A stretch of DNA of 64,000 nucleotides, from contig JAJYJS010000003.1 of the NCBI GenBank assembly GCA_021789215.1, forward strand, positions 49,828 to 113,827. The letters are read 5' to 3'. The notes below the pieces were generated by a model, which saw nothing but the letters and a program-made list of their open reading frames with translations, did no database searches and was not told the DNA's origin. Below are positions 55,907 through 64,000 of the stretch, one piece after another. Made by a program: the position numbers and the translations under genes. The stretch is from Nitrospirota bacterium. Lineage in GTDB: Bacteria > Nitrospirota > Thermodesulfovibrionia > Thermodesulfovibrionales > JdFR-88. Position 1 is the stretch's first letter, and every line of letters begins with the position of its first letter.

Positions 55907-56905
55907 TTAGAAGGGTTTTATGGTGAAAGTGAACCTGGACACCCCGCCGTGGCCGTCGCTGGCCAGGACGGTTACAGTGGTATCGTCCTTGAGGCCGGGG
56001 GGCGCCTTCCATGTTATCAGCCCCCTGGCGGGGTCGATGGTCATGCCCCTGGGCGCCGACTCAAGCGAATAGGTCAGTGTATCGCCATCCGGGTCGGTGG
56101 CGTTCGCCTGGCCCACGTATTCCGTGCCGTTGAAGGACATCTCGACCCGGGGGCTGAACATCGGCGGCATGTTGGCTATCTTCCTTTCAAGAATGACGGG
56201 CTGGCCGCAGTCCTGCCCGTTGCAGGCGGTTATCCTTACCTTTATCTCATCGTTTCTTTTGACGGGCATGTCCAGCCTGCTTTTGTTTCCCGCAGGCGTC
56301 CCGTTTACCGTCCACTCGTAAACGATTTCGGCCCCGCTGTCAGCCGCGGCGTCGACATAGAGTTTATTGTCGCCGGGCTTGAAGACCTCCGGCATCAGCT
56401 TCACGCTCCTGACCTCGGGGGGCGCGTCCTCGACCGTTACGGGACCGGACTTGACCTCGACGCCGTTTATTTTGGCGACTGCCTGGACAACGTCGCCTTT
56501 TAGTGCGCCGGAGGTGTCAAATTCATTAGGCGTGGAGACCGGCCTTTCAATACCGTTTACATACCAGGTAATGTTGGCAATGCCTGGCGCGTTGAACCCC
56601 TGGCAGATTACGTGCAGTTTGGAGTTCCTGTAAGCCCTCTGTGGGATTATCTCGATGGCGTAGCCGCCGCTCGCGGCCTGGGACGAGTTGGCGGAAGCGG
56701 CGGGAACGGTTTCTTGCTTCTGGACTGCCGTGGCCGCCGTCTGGTCCGTGGCGTTCTCACCGGAACGGAACGCGAAGACCATAAGCACTATGGCGCCCAA
56801 CGCGCACGCCACGGCGAGCGCGGGCAACAAGACCCCTTTTTTCCTCAGCCCCCTTAAGACGGCGGTCAGCGATTTTATTTTATCTGAAAGCTCTTCCATA
56901 TCCAT
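55907..56905 (-). CDS. Membrane-anchored protein with Ig/cadherin-like extracytoplasmic domains
   Basis: N-terminal TM anchor (LLPALAVACALGAIVLMVFAF). The C-terminal domain ATDPDGDTLTYSLESAPRGMTIDPARGLITWKAP matches the 'putative Ig'/dystroglycan-cadherin-like pattern. It is the last gene of the minor-pilin operon. Confidence 0.6.
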   Translation of the reverse strand: MDMEELSDKIKSLTAVLRGLRKKGVLLPALAVACALGAIVLMVFAFRSGENATDQTAATAVQKQETVPAASANSSQAASGGYAIEIIPQRAYRNSKLHVICQGFNAPGIANITWYVNGIERPVSTPNEFDTSGALKGDVVQAVAKINGVEVKSGPVTVEDAPPEVRSVKLMPEVFKPGDNKLYVDAAADSGAEIVYEWTVNGTPAGNKSRLDMPVKRNDEIKVRITACNGQDCGQPVILERKIANMPPMFSPRVEMSFNGTEYVGQANATDPDGDTLTYSLESAPRGMTIDPARGLITWKAPPGLKDDTTVTVLASDGHGGVSRFTFTIKPF

Positions 56906-56931
56906 GAGTCCGGCCTCCCCTCTCTTCAGCC

Positions 56932-57519
56932 TCAGTATTCATAAATCACGGAAAGCCTGGAGCGTTCGGACGGGTTCGTCTGGCTTTGCGAAAGCACCTC
57001 CATCGTATACACGGAAGGCCTGCTTGCAACCGGGACATCCCCGGTGTTCGACGAGACGACGCCGGTCTTGACCAGCCCGGGGACGCCGCCCGTATTCCCG
57101 GCGATGGTGTCCACAACCTTCGTATAAACCCTGTAATTGCCCAGGTCCACGCTCATGTCGTATGTAGCGTTATCTGTTGAATTGATTATCCAGGACTTGC
57201 TGGATGCCCCGCAGCCTGCGGGCCAGTTTGCCGTGGAGTTTACCAGCTTGGCCGCCAGGCAGGCGTTGTTGGGAATGGTCTCGTTCACATTATTAAGCGT
57301 GGCGGCGCCGCCGCTGGCTATCAGCTGGGTTGCCGCCGACACGCCGCCCATCCCGGCCTCCAGGACGTTGGAGTACCGCCCCTGCATTCCGGCGACCTGC
57401 GTGCCGGTGAGGGTCATGTAAATGAGGGCGGACATCATCATCAGGGCCACGGCGGAAAGCAAAAGCACTATGACAAGGGCTATGCCGGACTCGTCTTTTA
57501 TGACTTTCGTGAATTTCAT
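56932..57519 (-). CDS. PilX/GspK-like minor pseudopilin (no Glu5)
   Basis: MKFTKVIKDESG/IALVIVLLLSAVALMMMSALIY: a hydrophobic N-terminal helix without Glu at +5, as in PilX/GspK-type subunits. The start lies 2 nt after the upstream stop. Confidence 0.6.
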   Translation of the reverse strand: MKFTKVIKDESGIALVIVLLLSAVALMMMSALIYMTLTGTQVAGMQGRYSNVLEAGMGGVSAATQLIASGGAATLNNVNETIPNNACLAAKLVNSTANWPAGCGASSKSWIINSTDNATYDMSVDLGNYRVYTKVVDTIAGNTGGVPGLVKTGVVSSNTGDVPVASRPSVYTMEVLSQSQTNPSERSRLSVIYEY

Positions 57520-57521
57520 GC

Positions 57522-58595
57522 CTACCTCAGGTTCAACGGCTTTTCCACAAGCGTATACACCTTCCACCTGTAGTTCAGTTGGTCTGCTGCAAGGGTGTAG
57601 GCATCGCCTGGCGCGCGCCCGTCACCGAACTCCCCGTCGCCCGTAATCGGGTTCGGAGATGTGTAGGAGGGGTCCATCTGGCCCTCCTGGGCCACGATGT
57701 AAACCCGCACCTCCCTCACCTGCTGCCTTATCGTGGCGGCGGAAAAGGCCGATATGTCATTTGACCATGTATCGACGGCCCCGTCGCCGTTGGTGTCAAG
57801 CCCGAATATCACCTGCATGTCGGCCACGCAGTCCAGGAGCGGGTAATAGGTATAACCCCCGTCTGACTGGTTGACGGCCGCTTTTACAAGCTCGCCCGTG
57901 TTGGGGGCGCACCTGTTGGGCACCGCCACGGCCGCGCCCGTTATGAAATAGTCCGCCCTGTTGAAGGGCATCCGCAGGTCGTTGTTTTTCGACACCCCGT
58001 AGACTATGTTCACCTGCGAGCTGTCCGCGGGGGCGAACCCCGACGTGCTGTTGTACATTGTAAAAAAGGCCCCGCCGCTTGCCACCAGCGATGTAGTGTT
58101 ATCGATGGTGGAAAGGACTATGACCCTGTCCGTGGGGTTAAGTTGCTCGCTCGCCACGTCCCACGCCGGTTTTACGTCGCCAACGGAGAGCGTCGCCGAT
58201 TTTCCGGCGGCGTCGTCGTTTACGGCCACGGAGAGGGACTTTATGACAAGGTAATCCGAATTATTGAGCCCCGAAGCCGAGTCGTTCAGGGAAAAGACGG
58301 CTCGGGGCGGATTGGCAGTGGAGTCGTTGGTGCCCACCGGGCCAGTGGCCGCTTCGGCGTAATTCACTCCGGCGGGTATCGCCGCGGGCAGGCCGTATCC
58401 TGCCGCCTGGGTGTCCTTTCTCAGGTACTCAAGCCCTATCACGCCCTCCACGTTGCTTTCGGCCACCCTGCTTTCCTGCTTGAACTGGGTCAGCAGCTTG
58501 GCGAAGATCGTGGTAGTGGCCGTTATCGCTATGAGCGATATGACCATCGTGACCATAAGTTCGATAAGCGTGAAACCGTCTTCCCTTTTTACCAT
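57522..58595 (-). CDS. PilW/GspJ-like type IV minor pilin
   Basis: Prepilin leader MVKREDG/FTLIELMVTMVISLIAI with Glu5. The size (357 aa) fits PilW-like subunits. Confidence 0.7.
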   Translation of the reverse strand: MVKREDGFTLIELMVTMVISLIAITATTTIFAKLLTQFKQESRVAESNVEGVIGLEYLRKDTQAAGYGLPAAIPAGVNYAEAATGPVGTNDSTANPPRAVFSLNDSASGLNNSDYLVIKSLSVAVNDDAAGKSATLSVGDVKPAWDVASEQLNPTDRVIVLSTIDNTTSLVASGGAFFTMYNSTSGFAPADSSQVNIVYGVSKNNDLRMPFNRADYFITGAAVAVPNRCAPNTGELVKAAVNQSDGGYTYYPLLDCVADMQVIFGLDTNGDGAVDTWSNDISAFSAATIRQQVREVRVYIVAQEGQMDPSYTSPNPITGDGEFGDGRAPGDAYTLAADQLNYRWKVYTLVEKPLNLR

Positions 58596-58600
58596 TTCCC

Positions 58601-58990
58601 TTATGATGACGTCCCCGGCCTTCTTATTATCGTCGATACCGCATGCGAGTAGTTCCGCCCCTTCCAGGTCCAAAACACAGTGATTGTCACCTGCTTGTTG
58701 TCCGGGGCGGCATCGAGGTTTACCACGGTGGTGTTCACGGAAAAAGGCACGGTCATGTTCCTGAAGCTCCTGTCCACTACGACGGGGCCTCCGCTCGCCA
58801 CATTATTGAAAAGCGTGTTCCTGGCGTCATTCATGTCCATTGCGCCTATTTTTATGGCCTCGTTGCGGAGCATGTTGCTGACGTTGGTGTCCAGCGACAG
58901 GAGGGATGTCTGCAAAAGGGCCATGAAGACGAAAAGGAACAGGGCCATCGCGATGAGGACCTCCACAAGCGATACGCCTTTCCTGTCCAA
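58601..58990 (-). CDS. PilV/GspI-like type IV minor pilin
   Basis: The inferred TTG start at 58990 gives the leader MDRKG/VSLVEVLIAMALFLF with Glu5. The ORF is open to 59056 but would then overlap the upstream gene. Confidence 0.65.
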   Translation of the reverse strand: MDRKGVSLVEVLIAMALFLFVFMALLQTSLLSLDTNVSNMLRNEAIKIGAMDMNDARNTLFNNVASGGPVVVDRSFRNMTVPFSVNTTVVNLDAAPDNKQVTITVFWTWKGRNYSHAVSTIIRRPGTSS

Positions 58991-58997
58991 CGGCTTT

Positions 58998-59492
58998 CTA
59001 ATTCGGCACACAGTTCGCTCCGTCCCAGGACCCAAGCGATATCCTCGTCGGGGCAAGCACCACGCAGTTCAGCTCGGGAGCGGTCAGTGATTTGAGATGT
59101 ATATAGGTGGCGCCGGACAGGAGCCCCTCGCTGTCGATATCTATCCAGGCCAGGTCGCTTTCCATCGTAAGCTGGTTTGAAAGCGCAACCCTTTTCAGGC
59201 GTGTGTCCGGGAAGCCAGGGGCGTTGAGGGCGTTGTCCCCGTCGGGGGCGGGGGCGTTATCGACAAAAATGTTATATGTATTATTTGCCATCCTTATGAA
59301 ATACATCCTCTTCCCGGTCACGGCCTGTTCCCTCGCCCTCATCAAGTCGGAGTACAGCTGTTTCACCTGAGACTCCGCCCTGTATTTGTCAATCCAGCCG
59401 TTGAAGCTCAGCGCTGAGGCGGCCAGTACGGCTATTATCGCCAGCACGACTACAAGTTCTATGAGGCCCACGCCATCACTGCGCGCCAGCAA
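58998..59492 (-). CDS. FimT/GspH-like type IV minor pilin
   Basis: Leader MLARSDG/VGLIELVVVLAIIAVLA with Glu5. It is 164 aa with a GspH-like body. Confidence 0.65.
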   Translation of the reverse strand: MLARSDGVGLIELVVVLAIIAVLAASALSFNGWIDKYRAESQVKQLYSDLMRAREQAVTGKRMYFIRMANNTYNIFVDNAPAPDGDNALNAPGFPDTRLKRVALSNQLTMESDLAWIDIDSEGLLSGATYIHLKSLTAPELNCVVLAPTRISLGSWDGANCVPN

Positions 59493-59495
59493 CTT

Positions 59496-62400
59496 CTATT
59501 TCTCCTCCCTGACGTGTATTATCCTCTTCACGGGCGGAGGCGACGTGAAGAGCGAAAGCCCCTGGGCCGTCGGCGGCACGCCCTCGATCGAGGCCGACCT
59601 CCTGCCGCCCTCCCCGGTAAAGGCGTTGGACAGGTTGAGCTGCTGTATGCTGCCCGTGGAGACCTGGAGCAGCGCCGTGCCCTTCACATACCCGCTGGGG
59701 GCCGCCCCGGAGTCGTACTTCACCGCCCACAGGAAGCTGTTTCCGCCGACGCCGCACGGGTAACTGACGGGGTCGTAAGGCTTGTACGAGGTGAAATACA
59801 CTACCCCGGTTGTCGATGCAAGCGGGTCCGTAATTATCCTTTCCGCGCCGTACGCATGCGAGACGCCGTCTGCGCCGACGTAAGTCCCCGCCGGGTCAAG
59901 GTTTATGTACCAGCCGTTGCCGTTGGCGTTGCCCGCCCCGGAGGACGTGTCCACCCATCCCAGGCTGCCTGTCCCGCTTAAGGGGGCCGGACAGTTGAAA
60001 AGCCCCGTGTTCGGGTTCTTGCTGAAAAGCGCCTTGTTATCGATATAACACGGGTCGGCAATGCCGAAGATGTTCCGCTGGCCGGAGGGGTCATCCATAC
60101 CGCCCGATGTGGAATAATAAAACCTGCCCGTGCCGAAATAGAGCCACAGCTTTTTTGTGCTGTTGTTCTGGAGCCTTGCGACACTGGCCGTCACCGGCCC
60201 GATGCCGTTTATCACCTGGCTGTAAACCCAACTGCTGTTGTCGGTGTCGGAGGGGGTTATGTTCTCGTTCGTAAGTATCCTTCCGGCGCCGCCAGCCGTC
60301 CATGCATAATTGGGGCTTGTGCCGGTCCTTGCAACGTACCCGCCATAGATGGCGTCGTCCTGGTAGTCGAGGTCGGAATCGTTTGTGGCGTTGAACAGGT
60401 CGCCGGAGAAGGCATACGGTATGCCCGTATCGATGGTTTTAAGCAGCGTGCCCGTTGCCAGGTCCAGCACGAAATACTTCAGGTTCTGGTTGGAGCGCGC
60501 AAGGAATTGGCGGTTGGTCGTGTCCATGGGGCCGGTCGGCCCGGAGCCGAAGACCACAAACCACCGGCCGTTCTTTGCCGGGACGGGGTTGCCGGTAAGC
60601 GGGTCCCTGGCGCTTTCCCGGACAACAGCGGGACCGCTGGTGGCAAAGCCCAGCCCGGGGTTGGTGAACTCCCATAAAAGGACAGGGTTGTTTTCGTCCG
60701 TTACGTCAAGGGCGAAGTACTCGGACCACCCGACAGGGCTGCCGCCGACGGTAGTGGGCGTTGTCACGCAATCGGCGCAGCCGTTGCTCGTATTGGTGGA
60801 CGAGCAGCAGCTCGTGCTCGAACTGCTTGCGCCGCCAAGGCGCATGCCGCCTATGAGTATCGTCCGCCAACTGCTGCCGTCAGCAGGCTTGTCGCAGTCC
60901 CAGTAGTTGGTGCTTGTACACCCAGCCGGCCTTCCGATGCTGGCGTCAAAGACGTAAGGGGTCAGGTCAACCGTATAATTATGGCAATAATCGGGGTCGG
61001 CGATATACCCCAGGTACGGCAAGGCGTTTTTGGGGATGAAGGCCCATCGCTCCGAACCCAGGCCCGACCCCGTAAGCCGCGCTTTCAGATTTGGGGTATT
61101 CGGGTTGTTTTCGGTCGCAAGGTCTCCCAGGTTGAAGGCGTGCAGCATCCCGTCATTTGCCCCGGCGTAGACAGTCCCCCGGCCTGTATAAATAGACGAA
61201 TTTATGAAGGCCCCGTATGTGGTGTCCTTATAAGTAGTGTCGTAATGGCCGAGAGGCACCCAGGAGACGATCCTCGGGGTTGAATCGAGGACATCGCCAA
61301 GCTTCCAGACGTGCGTGTACTCATCGGTGCCGTTTACGATCATCGAGACCGTCCGCGACCTGTAAAGGTTGTTGCCGGACGCGTCAACCACGTTGCTGAG
61401 GTCGGCCCCCTGGGTCCATTGAATGAGATTTGACGCCCCGTTGGCAATCCCCGCCGTCTGGAGATAGGGGTCCAGGGTGGAGGCGTTGGCCGTGCTGAAT
61501 GGGATAAGGGTCTGCCCGTCGATTGCCGTATAAATCGTCCTTGTCGACGGGTCCCTCTGCCATAGCTGGAAACCGGCCTCCCAAAGGTTGGAAAGATTTT
61601 CAAACGTGATGTCCGGGTTGATTAAGCTCCCTTTCGTCCCGTCGCTGTTCGAGGGCCACCTGTGGGCCATGGTGCGGCCGTGCGTCGTATCGAAATAAAG
61701 CTGAGTGAAATCGTCATCCGTCAATACAAGCTGGTCGTCCTGCACCGTGTCTTCCAGGATGGAGCTGTTGTTGAAGAACGGGTCCACATAATACCAGAGG
61801 TTCTGGAGCGAGCCGGTCCAGTCTATTACGTCGTTTATAAAGCTGCGCTTCGGATAAAAAACGGCCTGGACAAGGTTTGCGCCGCAGCCCTCGCCTGAGG
61901 CGAGCACCGACGCGGCCGTCCCGGAAGAGGCCCTCTTGAGCATGCCCGAAAACGCGCTGGTCAGCGCGGTTTCAAGGTCCTGCCCCTGGGCGGCCTCGAA
62001 GTAGTTGTCCGGCTGGTCGTCCCCGCTTGTGCTCCATTCGGCCTCAACGCCAGGCGTAGGTATTCTGTCCCCGTTGATGTCCTGGAACCCTCCGTTTATG
62101 GATGCGAACTTGAGCAGCGTGGAGCCCTGCCCGAAGGCAAAAACGGTGTAGAGCGAAAGGGTGTGAGGGCCGCCGCCATATGTCGGCGTCAGGTCGGGGC
62201 GCAAATCGTTGTTCCCGTCGTGCATCCAGAGGGCCACGTCCTCGAGGCCCGCCGCGGCGTTGCCCGCATATGGCGGGTATGTGCACGTCCCCCCCCAGTT
62301 TGACGCCTGGTAGGTGGCCAGGGTGGAAGGGCATGTGCCGCCATAATAGGAGGGAGGGCGGCCGTCCGAGCACATTGCGGGACAGTTCCCGGTTAAGTCA

Positions 62401-63605
62401 CCGTTGCTTAAAGAACCCGTATTGGCGCAGTTGAAAGGCGACCCCCTGGTTGCGGCGTAGTTTAGAAGGTTGGCGGGCAGAGAACCATCCTCGCACGACT
62501 CGCCATCGGTAATCAACAAGACATAGTTTTGGGAACAGGAAGGATAGGATGTCTGTCCGCCACTGCCGTAATTATACGGGTCCTTGTTGCTGCTTGTCGG
62601 ATAAGTGCCGCCGTAATAGTTGGGCCCAGGCCCGGAGGGGAACTGAGAAAAAACACCCCCGCCCTGGGTCTGCTGGGCAAAGTAGCCGGCCACCTCGAAA
62701 AGCGCCTCGGCCAGGGGGGTATTGGCGGTAGGTTTGGCCGTGTTTATCTGGTTGATAACGGAATTGAGGACACCTCCCCCCACGTACTGGATGACCGAAG
62801 CCCCGTCACCGTTTCTGCTTTTGGAGGGGGGCTGGTTAAACGGCGTGCCGTAAGTCGCCAGACCCACCCTTGCCTTTGCCCCGACAAGGTTCTGGAGCAC
62901 GCCCGCCACCGGCACGGGCACACGGACCTTGACGTTAAAAGTCACAGAGCTCCACGTGGTCTTTCCGCTCTTGGTCGTCTTCTGCAGGGTGCTGAATTGG
63001 CCGTAGGAACTGACAAGCGACGTGAAATTGACATCGATATTTGAAGGGGTATAAATGCCGGCGCTTGCTATCTGCTTGTAGGCCCCTCTCGATGCCCCGT
63101 CGAGGCCCAGCCCGACAAGCCTGTCATAATTGGTCCCTTCCCCGGAATCGATCAATCCGCCCGTCAGGGCCTTCTTGATTATGTCCATTCTCCTCATCGT
63201 AAGCCAGTTCAGGAAATTGCCGTCCCAGTAAGAGCTGCCCGGGTTCGCAGGGTACTGGGTTTTGCTGGCGTATGCGTAAAACCTGTTGTTGCCGTTGTTG
63301 GCGCCATATGCATACCAGGAGCCCGGGTCGAAGTATCCATAATAGGTCTTCGTGGGATCAAACCCCGTGCAGGGGGTGCTGGAATCTGAACAATCGTTGT
63401 TGACGCCGTCTGTATAGGCAAAATCGTACATGCTGCCGGAATTGTCCAGAAGTATCATTATATTGGGCGCGACGTTCTGGACGACATACGGGGGCATGTC
63501 GCAGTAATCATTTATCGAGGCCGCCCGCGCGGAGGAAAAAAAGGCCGCGTTCATCAAAAAAGCGATGGCAGCCAGCGCGACAAGATGTTTCAGCGGATGT
63601 CTCAT
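59496..63605 (-). CDS. pilY1: PilY1-like pilus tip adhesin with N-terminal vWA (MIDAS) region and C-terminal beta-propeller
   Basis: Signal peptide (..FFSSARA/AS), the MIDAS motif ILLDNSGSM, GNFLNWLTMRRMD, the PilY1 hallmark YAGANDGMLHAFN and an acidic Ca-site-like NDSDLDYQDD. The start at ATG 63605 (GAGGT RBS) is preferred over 63638. Confidence 0.85.
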   Translation of the reverse strand: MRHPLKHLVALAAIAFLMNAAFFSSARAASINDYCDMPPYVVQNVAPNIMILLDNSGSMYDFAYTDGVNNDCSDSSTPCTGFDPTKTYYGYFDPGSWYAYGANNGNNRFYAYASKTQYPANPGSSYWDGNFLNWLTMRRMDIIKKALTGGLIDSGEGTNYDRLVGLGLDGASRGAYKQIASAGIYTPSNIDVNFTSLVSSYGQFSTLQKTTKSGKTTWSSVTFNVKVRVPVPVAGVLQNLVGAKARVGLATYGTPFNQPPSKSRNGDGASVIQYVGGGVLNSVINQINTAKPTANTPLAEALFEVAGYFAQQTQGGGVFSQFPSGPGPNYYGGTYPTSSNKDPYNYGSGGQTSYPSCSQNYVLLITDGESCEDGSLPANLLNYAATRGSPFNCANTGSLSNGDLTGNCPAMCSDGRPPSYYGGTCPSTLATYQASNWGGTCTYPPYAGNAAAGLEDVALWMHDGNNDLRPDLTPTYGGGPHTLSLYTVFAFGQGSTLLKFASINGGFQDINGDRIPTPGVEAEWSTSGDDQPDNYFEAAQGQDLETALTSAFSGMLKRASSGTAASVLASGEGCGANLVQAVFYPKRSFINDVIDWTGSLQNLWYYVDPFFNNSSILEDTVQDDQLVLTDDDFTQLYFDTTHGRTMAHRWPSNSDGTKGSLINPDITFENLSNLWEAGFQLWQRDPSTRTIYTAIDGQTLIPFSTANASTLDPYLQTAGIANGASNLIQWTQGADLSNVVDASGNNLYRSRTVSMIVNGTDEYTHVWKLGDVLDSTPRIVSWVPLGHYDTTYKDTTYGAFINSSIYTGRGTVYAGANDGMLHAFNLGDLATENNPNTPNLKARLTGSGLGSERWAFIPKNALPYLGYIADPDYCHNYTVDLTPYVFDASIGRPAGCTSTNYWDCDKPADGSSWRTILIGGMRLGGASSSSTSCCSSTNTSNGCADCVTTPTTVGGSPVGWSEYFALDVTDENNPVLLWEFTNPGLGFATSGPAVVRESARDPLTGNPVPAKNGRWFVVFGSGPTGPMDTTNRQFLARSNQNLKYFVLDLATGTLLKTIDTGIPYAFSGDLFNATNDSDLDYQDDAIYGGYVARTGTSPNYAWTAGGAGRILTNENITPSDTDNSSWVYSQVINGIGPVTASVARLQNNSTKKLWLYFGTGRFYYSTSGGMDDPSGQRNIFGIADPCYIDNKALFSKNPNTGLFNCPAPLSGTGSLGWVDTSSGAGNANGNGWYINLDPAGTYVGADGVSHAYGAERIITDPLASTTGVVYFTSYKPYDPVSYPCGVGGNSFLWAVKYDSGAAPSGYVKGTALLQVSTGSIQQLNLSNAFTGEGGRRSASIEGVPPTAQGLSLFTSPPPVKRIIHVREEK

Positions 63606-63615
63606 TGCAAATACC

Positions 63616-63969
63616 TCATTGGACCCCCAGATGTTCATATACGATAATGCCGCTCAGGACAGGGCCCCGGAAAAAAAGCTTGACGCCCCTTCCCCTTATC
63701 AGGTGATTTGTCCCTATGGGCCTGCCTTGTTCATCATGGATGGGGACGCCCGCAAACATATAATAATTGCCGTTTACGCGCACGGCCTGCGGGGTGACAT
63801 CCTCTATCGCCCCCACGACCATCGTCACTCTATCCCTGTCTTCCTGGTACTGATACGTCCGGGCCGGGCCTGCGTTCCTCCTGATGCGCGCATAGGCATT
63901 GGGGAATGCAAAGGATAAAATGGCCGCCATACAGGCCAGGACAAAAACCGCTTTGCGGGTCAGCTCCAT
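63616..63969 (-). CDS. Small secreted hypothetical protein (117 aa)
   Basis: Signal peptide (VFVLACMAAILSFAFPNAYA/R) and an AGGAGG upstream of the ATG. It lies directly upstream of pilY1. Confidence 0.45.
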   Translation of the reverse strand: MELTRKAVFVLACMAAILSFAFPNAYARIRRNAGPARTYQYQEDRDRVTMVVGAIEDVTPQAVRVNGNYYMFAGVPIHDEQGRPIGTNHLIRGRGVKLFFRGPVLSGIIVYEHLGVQ

Positions 63970-64000
63970 ATGTCCGCCGTCCTCCTTTCGCGCAAATCCA

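Noticed and set aside
1-64000. Search for rRNA, tRNA, CRISPR arrays, transposases, integrases, prophage or toxin-antitoxin/defence gene signatures
   Set aside because: I could recognise none by eye in the intergenic regions or the ORF translations. A tRNAscan/Infernal and defence-system HMM scan would be needed to exclude small or divergent ones.

Overview
64-kb GC-rich chromosomal segment. Hand-counted 100-nt samples of core genes gave about 50-66% GC. It comes from a diderm bacterium. The gene content includes System II cytochrome c maturation, several multiheme cytochromes, sigma54/NtrC regulators, large PAS hybrid kinases, archaeal-type enzymes and small palindromic intergenic repeats. 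This suggests an uncultured anaerobic sediment or groundwater lineage (Desulfobacterota/Nitrospirota-like), but that placement is inference only. I call about 53 protein genes. I saw no rRNA, tRNA, CRISPR, transposase, integrase or phage genes. Housekeeping content: rpiB-glyA-nrdR, a three-gene split glutamate synthase, glgP, atpB-atpE, a P-type ATPase, dgt-like plus smc, htpX, resB-ccsA, a dapL-like gene, folK and gyrA. Most notable observations: (1) A cytochrome locus at 45.7-51.3 kb holds an NHL beta-propeller lipoprotein, a 4-heme cytochrome, a 33-CXXCH cytochrome made of 14 tandem doubled-CXXCH modules, a 9-heme short paralogue with the same end caps, and a co-transcribed PagL-like small outer-membrane barrel. 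I treat this as a candidate undescribed heme-wire or electron-conduit module. (2) resB-ccsA is followed directly by a sensor kinase with a periplasmic CXXCH motif, then an NtrC-type activator and a CheY-like regulator. (3) An AT-rich island (34-38% GC samples) carries a PilZ-methyltransferase fusion and extends into the sensor module of the adjacent hybrid kinase. (4) A cluster of alpha-oxoamine synthase, extended SDR and GNAT-like protein, with a divergent KAS, resembles bacterial ceramide or aminolipid synthesis logic. (5) A PilY1-first minor-pilin operon ends in a cadherin/Ig-like membrane protein. (6) An archaeal-type SAM synthetase, an ATP synthase c subunit with a Na+-type signature and a signal-like extension, an orphan half-ferritin, and three families of palindromic intergenic repeats, one of which brackets folK. 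All functional calls rest on motifs I recognise by eye. No database search was possible.
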